The notes below the pieces were generated by a model, which saw nothing but the letters and a program-made list of their open reading frames with translations, was not told the origin of the DNA and ran no database searches. Shown one piece after another: positions 58,346-64,000 of a stretch of 64,000 nucleotides of DNA. Origin of the DNA: Zoogloea sp. (GTDB lineage Bacteria > Pseudomonadota > Gammaproteobacteria > Burkholderiales > Rhodocyclaceae); the NCBI RefSeq assembly GCF_016703645.1, contig NZ_JADJBR010000009.1. The stretch is one strand, 5' to 3'. The translations under genes and the position numbers were made by a program. The first letter of the stretch is position 1. Every line of letters begins with the position of its first letter.

Positions 58346-59476
58346 TCAGCCCTTGGCCGTGCGCTTGAGTTTCTGCGGGTCGTCGAAGGGCAGGGTGTGG
58401 GTGGTCGCCCCGCAGGTGAGGCTGGCACCACGCAGCTCCAGCTTACGGTCGGCCACGGCGTAGGCCGGATCGAGGCGGGCGATGGCCATGGAGCGCTCGG
58501 TGAGGCGCGAGTACATGCCGCAGGTGACGAAGCCCACCTTGGTGTCACCGTCGTAGAGGGCATCGCCGCCCAGGGCTGCTTCCTTGCTGGCCAGCTCCAC
58601 GCCGTAGATCTTGAAGCGCTCCTTGCCCTGCAGGCGGTAGTGCTCGGCGGCGCCGCGGAACTCCTTCTTGCCCGGCGACACGGTGAAGTCCAGGCCCAGC
58701 TCCCACAGGCTGTCGCCGATGGGCTCGCCTTCCATCGGGTACATGTCGGAGTTGTCGTAGGGGTAGAACAGCAGGTAGCTCTCGACCCGCAGCCAGTCGA
58801 GGGCCGTGAAGGAGCACGGCATGATGCCCATCGCCTTGCCCTCGGCCACGATGGTGTCCCAGATCAGCGGCGCGTCGGCCGCCTTGCAGAAGATCTCGTA
58901 GCCCCGCTCGCCGGTATAGCCGGTACGGGACAGCATCACCGGGCGCCCGAACAGGGTGGTCTGCAGGTGATGGAAGTAGGGCAGGTCGCGCACGCCCGGC
59001 ACGTGCTTGGCCAGGAAGTCCACCGCTGCCGGCCCCTGCAGGGACAGATCGTGCAGGTCGTCATCGAACAGCACCACCACGTTGCGACCCACCGCGCCGC
59101 GGGTCAGGATCTCGTGCCCGGCGCCGGAGCCATGCACCACCATGAAGGCGTTGGGCCCGTTGCGGTAGATCACGCAGTCGTCGATGAACTTGCCGGCTTC
59201 GTTGAGCATGCAGGCGTACACCGACTTGCCCGGGTAAAGCTTGCTGACGTTGCGGGTGGTGGCAAAGTTGATCAGCGCTTCGGCGTGGGGGCCGATGATG
59301 TGCATCTTCTTGAGGCCCGACACGTCCATCAGCCCCGCCGTAGTGCGGATGGCCGCGTGCTCGTCGGCCAGGCTGGTGGAATAGGTCCATGCGGTGCCCA
59401 TGCCGTTCCAGTCTTCGAGGCCGGAACCCAGGGCGCGATGGCGGTCGGCGAGGACCGAAAGTCTCCATGAACTCAT
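58346..59476 (-). CDS. Aminomethyltransferase (GcvT-fold, DmmD-like) protein
   Basis: EHAAIRTTAGLMDVSG, DDCVIYR, LSLQGP, SRTGYTGERGYEI, LRVES. Confidence 0.85.
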   Translation of the reverse strand: MSSWRLSVLADRHRALGSGLEDWNGMGTAWTYSTSLADEHAAIRTTAGLMDVSGLKKMHIIGPHAEALINFATTRNVSKLYPGKSVYACMLNEAGKFIDDCVIYRNGPNAFMVVHGSGAGHEILTRGAVGRNVVVLFDDDLHDLSLQGPAAVDFLAKHVPGVRDLPYFHHLQTTLFGRPVMLSRTGYTGERGYEIFCKAADAPLIWDTIVAEGKAMGIMPCSFTALDWLRVESYLLFYPYDNSDMYPMEGEPIGDSLWELGLDFTVSPGKKEFRGAAEHYRLQGKERFKIYGVELASKEAALGGDALYDGDTKVGFVTCGMYSRLTERSMAIARLDPAYAVADRKLELRGASLTCGATTHTLPFDDPQKLKRTAKG

Positions 59477-59543
59477 TTGAAACTCCTTGCTGAAAGGGGT
59501 TGGGGATTGAGTCCATTAGGCCAGCCGGGCCGGCGGCGGGAAA

Positions 59544-59561
59544 TACTACTCTGGTACTACT
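59544..59561. promoter_or_regulatory. Direct-repeat operator candidate TACTACT-N4-TACTACT
   Basis: Two heptamers 11 bp apart, matching NarL-type TACYNMT, upstream of the aminomethyltransferase gene. Confidence 0.4.
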
Positions 59562-59693
59562 TCAGGGAGAGGGCGGCACGAACACGCCTTTTGGGGCCGA
59601 GCGTGCAATAGTCAATACGCGGGGCACGGCCTCCCTGCTGCGGAAACGCCAAATTCAGTAAAGTAGCGAAATCCGCAGACACAAAAAGTAACC

Positions 59694-62153
59694 TTGTCAC
59701 CCCTTCTCACCGACCCCCTCCGCGACACACTCATCCGCGAGGCCTTCCGCCAGGCACGGGGCGGCATCCCCATGACCATCCTGGCCATCATCGGCATCGC
59801 CTGGATCCGATGGCTCGATACGCACACCCTGATCGCCCCCTTATGGATGGTCAGCGCACTGGCCATCAGCTTTGGCAGGGCCGTCATCCTCGGCTTTGTG
59901 CTGCGACACCAGGACCAGCTGAACATCCATCTGCGGGAGTGGCTTTTCAACGGCCCGCTGATCCTCAGCTCGCTGATCTGGGCCAGCCTGCCCGTGGTGG
60001 CCTTCCCGGCGGCATCCGACCACGAGAAGTTCGGCATCCTGTGCGTTCTTGCCGGTCTGGCCGGCGGGGCAGCCAGCGTGCTGGCCCCCGTGAAATGGCC
60101 CGCCCGGCTCTACCTGTTCTGCGTGCTGATCCCGGGCGCGGTGCTCATCCGCCTGGACACCATCGGGCCTGTCCTGAGCACACTGGGGGTCTGTTTCTTC
60201 GTGGCCATGCTGCTCAGCCATGCCACCGCCCGAAAGTTGCTCATTGAAGCCATTGGCAAGCGTTCCGAGAACCAGGGCCTGCTCGCGGATCTGCAGCGGG
60301 AGCGTGGCGAGGTTGAAAAGCTGAACCTCGATCTGCGCGCCGCCGAGACCGCCCTGCGGGCCCAGAACAGCCTCCTCGAACGGGAGGTCGCCGTCCGCAG
60401 CGAACGCAATCGGCTGGCCTTCGCGGTGATCCAGAACACCGCCGAAGGCGTGCTGGTCACCGACCCGGACGGCATGATGGTCGAGGTCAACCCGGCTTTC
60501 ACGCGCATCACCGGCTACTCGGCCGAGGACGCCATCGGCGTGTCGATGGGCCTGCTGACTCCCGAGGGGCCGACAGATCGTCAGCAGGCGCAAATGATGG
60601 AAGTGCTCGCAGAAACCGGCAAATGGGAAGGCGAGCTGTGGAGCCGGCGCAAGGACGGCAACCTCTTTCTCGAACGGCGCAGCATCGATGCGGTGCGCGA
60701 TGCCAGTGGCACGACCACCCATTACGTCTCGGTGTTCAACGACGTTACCGAGGATCACCACAAGGACGAGCAGCTACGGCACATGGCCTGCCATGACCCC
60801 CTCACCGGCCTGGCCAACCGCAGCCTGCTCAACGAGCACCTGCGCATGGCCATCGCCCAGGGCAAGCGCCAGCACGGCCGGGCGGGCATCCTCTTCCTCG
60901 ACCTCGACCAGTTCAAGTCGATCAATGACACCCTCGGCCATGATGTCGGCGACCTTCTGCTGAAGGAGGTGGCCCACCGGCTTCATTCCTGCCTGCGCGC
61001 CACCGACACCCTGGCAAGGCTCGGTGGTGACGAATTCGTGGTGCTCCTCAACAGCATCCGCCATCCCGACGACTGCGGGCTGCTGGCCGGCAAGTTGATG
61101 GAGGCGCTGGGCAAGCCCGTCGAGATCGCCGGGGTCAGCCTGCACGTCAACACCTCCATCGGCATCACTGTCTTTCCCGATGATGGCGATACGGTCGAAG
61201 TGCTGATGAAGAACGCCGACATGGCACTCTATGCCGCGAAGGGCGCGGGCAAGAACCGCTATGACTTTTTCCACGCCTCCATGTCCGAGAAGGCCTCCAT
61301 CCGCCGCGAGCTGGAAAGCGCCCTGCGTGATGCCCTTGCTGAGGCGCAACTCGGCCTGCACTTCCAGCCGAAATTCGATGCCCGCCTGGGCCACGTCTGC
61401 GGGTTCGAGGCCCTGGTGCGCTGGGATCGGGCCGGCCACGGCTTCGTGCCCCCCGATCTGTTCATTCCCGTGGCAGAGGAATCCGGTCTCATCGACGAAC
61501 TGGGGCGCACGGTGATCGATCAGGCCTGTGCCCAGCTCGCCGCCTGGCACCAGGCCGGTTACGGCTGGCAGAAAGTCGCGGTGAACGTCTCGGCGCGTCA
61601 GTTGATCCGCCAGGATCTGCCCCGCCAGCTCCGCAACAGCATGACCCGTCACGGCATTCCGGCCGGAAGCCTGGAGATCGAAGTCACCGAAAGCGTGGTC
61701 ATGACCCAGCCTGAAACGACCATCCCGCTGCTGGCCGACCTCCGCCGCATGGGTATCCGCATCGCCATCGACGATTTCGGTACCGGTCACTCCAGCCTGG
61801 CCTATCTGCGCAAGCTGCCCATCGATGTGATGAAGATCGACCGCAGCTTTGTGCAGGAAGCGGAGCACAACCCTACCTCCCAGGCCATCATCCGCACCAT
61901 TGTTTCCCTCAGTCAGGCCCTCCGGCTGAGCGTCGTCGCCGAAGGCGTCGAATCCGCCGCCCAGGCCGCGATGCTGCGCGAAGCCGGCTGTGACCAGCTA
62001 CAGGGCTTTCATCTGGCCCGCCCGGTGCCCGCGGCCGAGATCGCCCGGCGCTGGCTGGCGACGCAGCCGCCGCCCACCTCGTTCAGGCATTCCGCTCCCC
62101 CTCCCGCAGCTCCCGCAACCACACGGCCGCCTCAAAGCGATTACGCAGGTTGA
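59694..62153 (+). CDS. Membrane PAS-GGDEF-EAL signalling protein
   Basis: N-terminal TM region, PAS (VNPAFTRITGY), HDPLTGLANR, RLGGDEF, FEALVRW, IDDFGTGHSSL. Confidence 0.9.
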   Translation: MSPLLTDPLRDTLIREAFRQARGGIPMTILAIIGIAWIRWLDTHTLIAPLWMVSALAISFGRAVILGFVLRHQDQLNIHLREWLFNGPLILSSLIWASLPVVAFPAASDHEKFGILCVLAGLAGGAASVLAPVKWPARLYLFCVLIPGAVLIRLDTIGPVLSTLGVCFFVAMLLSHATARKLLIEAIGKRSENQGLLADLQRERGEVEKLNLDLRAAETALRAQNSLLEREVAVRSERNRLAFAVIQNTAEGVLVTDPDGMMVEVNPAFTRITGYSAEDAIGVSMGLLTPEGPTDRQQAQMMEVLAETGKWEGELWSRRKDGNLFLERRSIDAVRDASGTTTHYVSVFNDVTEDHHKDEQLRHMACHDPLTGLANRSLLNEHLRMAIAQGKRQHGRAGILFLDLDQFKSINDTLGHDVGDLLLKEVAHRLHSCLRATDTLARLGGDEFVVLLNSIRHPDDCGLLAGKLMEALGKPVEIAGVSLHVNTSIGITVFPDDGDTVEVLMKNADMALYAAKGAGKNRYDFFHASMSEKASIRRELESALRDALAEAQLGLHFQPKFDARLGHVCGFEALVRWDRAGHGFVPPDLFIPVAEESGLIDELGRTVIDQACAQLAAWHQAGYGWQKVAVNVSARQLIRQDLPRQLRNSMTRHGIPAGSLEIEVTESVVMTQPETTIPLLADLRRMGIRIAIDDFGTGHSSLAYLRKLPIDVMKIDRSFVQEAEHNPTSQAIIRTIVSLSQALRLSVVAEGVESAAQAAMLREAGCDQLQGFHLARPVPAAEIARRWLATQPPPTSFRHSAPPPAAPATTRPPQSDYAG

Positions 62154-62757
62154 GCTTCTGCAGCACGTGCTTCACGTGCACCTTCACCGTGCTTTCGGCG
62201 ATGCCGAGGGAGCGGGCCACGATCTTGTTGGAAGCCCCCTTCGACACCAGTTCCAGGGTCTCCTGCTCCCGCACGGTGAGGGAGGCCCAGCCGGCGTCGA
62301 TGCTCTCGCGACTGGGGGGTTGGGGCTTGGCGAGAAGGCCGCCCACCTCGGCCGACAGCACCGTGCCCCCCGCCGCCACCTGACGCAGCTTGAGGCAGAA
62401 CTCGTCGGGCTCCATGTCCTTCAGCAGGTAGCCGCTGGCCCCGGCCTTGAGGGCCTCCATCACGTCGAAGCTGGAGTCCGACACGGTCAGCATCACCAGC
62501 CGGGTGGCCGAGCCCGCCGTCTGCAGGGCACGCACCACCGAGATACCGTCGAGGCCTTTCATGTGCAGGTCCACCAGGGCCACGTCCGGGCGATGGGTGA
62601 GCACCGCCTCGATGCCCTCGGCGCCCGACGCGGCCTCGGCCACCACCTGGATGTCTCCGTACATGGACAGGAGCTGGCCAATCCCCTTGCGAAAAAGGGC
62701 GTGGTCGTCCACCACCACCAGGCGGATCGGCGGGCTGCCGGTCATAGGATGTTCCAT
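62083..62757 (-). CDS. NarL-family response regulator
   Basis: VVDDHALFRKG, DLHMKG, LTVSD, GYLLKD, LTVREQETL..ESTVKVHVKHVLQKL. Confidence 0.9.
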   Translation of the reverse strand: MEHPMTGSPPIRLVVVDDHALFRKGIGQLLSMYGDIQVVAEAASGAEGIEAVLTHRPDVALVDLHMKGLDGISVVRALQTAGSATRLVMLTVSDSSFDVMEALKAGASGYLLKDMEPDEFCLKLRQVAAGGTVLSAEVGGLLAKPQPPSRESIDAGWASLTVREQETLELVSKGASNKIVARSLGIAESTVKVHVKHVLQKLNLRNRFEAAVWLRELREGERNA

Positions 62758-62788
62758 CAAGTTCGTTTCCTTGTTTGCGTCATCGGGT

Positions 62789-64000
62789 TCAAGCCCCCGT
62801 GGCACGGGGGCGAAAGCGCATTTCCACGCAGGTGCCGAGGCCATCCACCCCGGCCTGCAGGCTCAGGCTGCCACCTAGCTGGCGAGCCCGTTCGCGCATG
62901 ATGGAGACCCCGTGGTGCCCCTCCCCCCCGCTGTCGGGCTGGATACCGCGGCCGTCGTCCTCCACCCGCACCCGCACCTCGCCCCCTTCAGCACAATCGA
63001 GGCTGATCAGGGCATGGTCGGCGCGGGCGTGGCGGATCACGTTGGTCAGGGCTTCGCGGACGATCTGCAGCAGATGGAACTCCTCGTTCACCGACAGGGC
63101 CGCATCCCCCAGCCGGTAGTCCAGCCCGATCTCGGTGCCGGCCCGGGCCGACAGCTCCTCCACCACCTCCCGCAGAGCCTGCTGGAGCCCACCCGGCGGC
63201 ATGCTGGTGCGAAAGGCCGAGAGCAGCTCGCGCAGATGGCGATAGGCGCTGTCGAGCCCGGTCTTGATCTCGGCCGACACCTCCAGCACCCGCCCACCGG
63301 GGGCACAGGCGGCGCAGCTACGGCCGATCTCCAGTTGCAGGCGGGCGATCTGCAGCTTCATGTAGGAGAGGGCCTGGGCCAGGGAATCGTGCAGCTCGCC
63401 GGCAATGGCGTTGCGCTCGTCCATCAGGGCCAGGCGACGGCGGCGCTGGTTACGCTGCAGATTGCCCAGGGACAGGGCAAACAGCCCGGCAAGCGCGTCC
63501 ACCAGGCGGCTGTGGCGGCTCTCGAAGAGGAATTCCCCCGGTGCCTCGACGATCAGTACCCCGTAGATGTTGTCGGCGTCCCGCACCGGCACGGCCAGCT
63601 CGACGATCTCCCCGTCCGGCCCGGCCACCGAGCGGCGCAGGCCGCCGCCCCGGGCCAAGGCCTCTGCGTCGAATTCGTCAAGCAGGCGGGCCAGGCGCGG
63701 CGCCCCCAACTGCGCCGGCACGCCCAGCCCCTCGGCCACCGGATCGAGCAGTGCCAGCGAGCAGCAGCGCGCCTGCAGGCAACCGGCCATGTCTTCCAGC
63801 AGCGCCGTCAGCCAGGGCGTGCTGGCGCTGTTCTCGGCCAGACAGGCACAGGCCCGGTAGATGAACTCCAGGGAGCGGGCCGCAAAACGCTCATGCTCGC
63901 GGGCATGGCGCGACAGGCGCTCACCGTCGGCCAGGTGCCCACCCAGCTGGTCCGCCACCCCGTCCAGGGCACGCACCAGGCGGTCGATCTCGTCGGCGCC
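62789..64000 (-). CDS. NarX/NarQ-like sensor kinase, 5'-truncated by the window edge
   Basis: Frame open to 64000 (HAMP GADEIDRL), GAF-like region, ERNAIAGELHDSLAQ, REALTNVIRH, DDGRG. Confidence 0.85.
   Translation of the reverse strand, partial: GADEIDRLVRALDGVADQLGGHLADGERLSRHAREHERFAARSLEFIYRACACLAENSASTPWLTALLEDMAGCLQARCCSLALLDPVAEGLGVPAQLGAPRLARLLDEFDAEALARGGGLRRSVAGPDGEIVELAVPVRDADNIYGVLIVEAPGEFLFESRHSRLVDALAGLFALSLGNLQRNQRRRRLALMDERNAIAGELHDSLAQALSYMKLQIARLQLEIGRSCAACAPGGRVLEVSAEIKTGLDSAYRHLRELLSAFRTSMPPGGLQQALREVVEELSARAGTEIGLDYRLGDAALSVNEEFHLLQIVREALTNVIRHARADHALISLDCAEGGEVRVRVEDDGRGIQPDSGGEGHHGVSIMRERARQLGGSLSLQAGVDGLGTCVEMRFRPRATGA

Overview
GC-rich chromosomal window from a betaproteobacterium. 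Rhodocyclales/Zoogloea-like is my inference, based on PEP-CTERM genes with sigma54/PrsR-type promoter elements, a phasin and general gene style. No rRNA, tRNA or CRISPR array was seen. In order, it carries: an MFS exporter and a ceramidase-like gene; a DUF6502-DUF5666-cytochrome c-flavocytochrome c sulfide dehydrogenase operon; a NUDIX hydrolase; a liv ABC operon with two binding proteins; aer; sigma54-driven aldB-DUF779; a Sel1/ExbB-like/DUF2149-cupin-two-component-selO block in which a 17-bp palindromic motif occurs in both divergent promoter regions; a CcoG-like trio; an ADP-ribosylglycohydrolase; and a PHB depolymerase and phasin separated by a complete class C group II intron (30717-32554) whose RT is broken by homopolymer indels. 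Next comes an uncharacterised divergent polyamine/membrane module (DUF350, Zn-finger membrane protein, SPFH, DUF4178, 54-aa peptide, speD on the minus strand; membrane speE and FAD amine oxidase on the plus strand), interrupted by an AbiL-like ATPase+RloB cassette with its own promoter. The rest holds a hybrid kinase, an ABC-F ATPase, tandem PEP-CTERM paralogs, a 121-bp MITE, yebC, a HerA-like ATPase, an ABC1 kinase, a THF-linked C1 cluster (aminomethyltransferase, purU, folD), a PAS-GGDEF-EAL protein and a NarX/NarL-like pair truncated by the window end. The best candidates for undescribed systems are the polyamine/SPFH/DUF4178 module with its defence insert, and the Sel1-ExbB-DUF2149 block with its putative operator. 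Family assignments come from motif recognition, not database searches.
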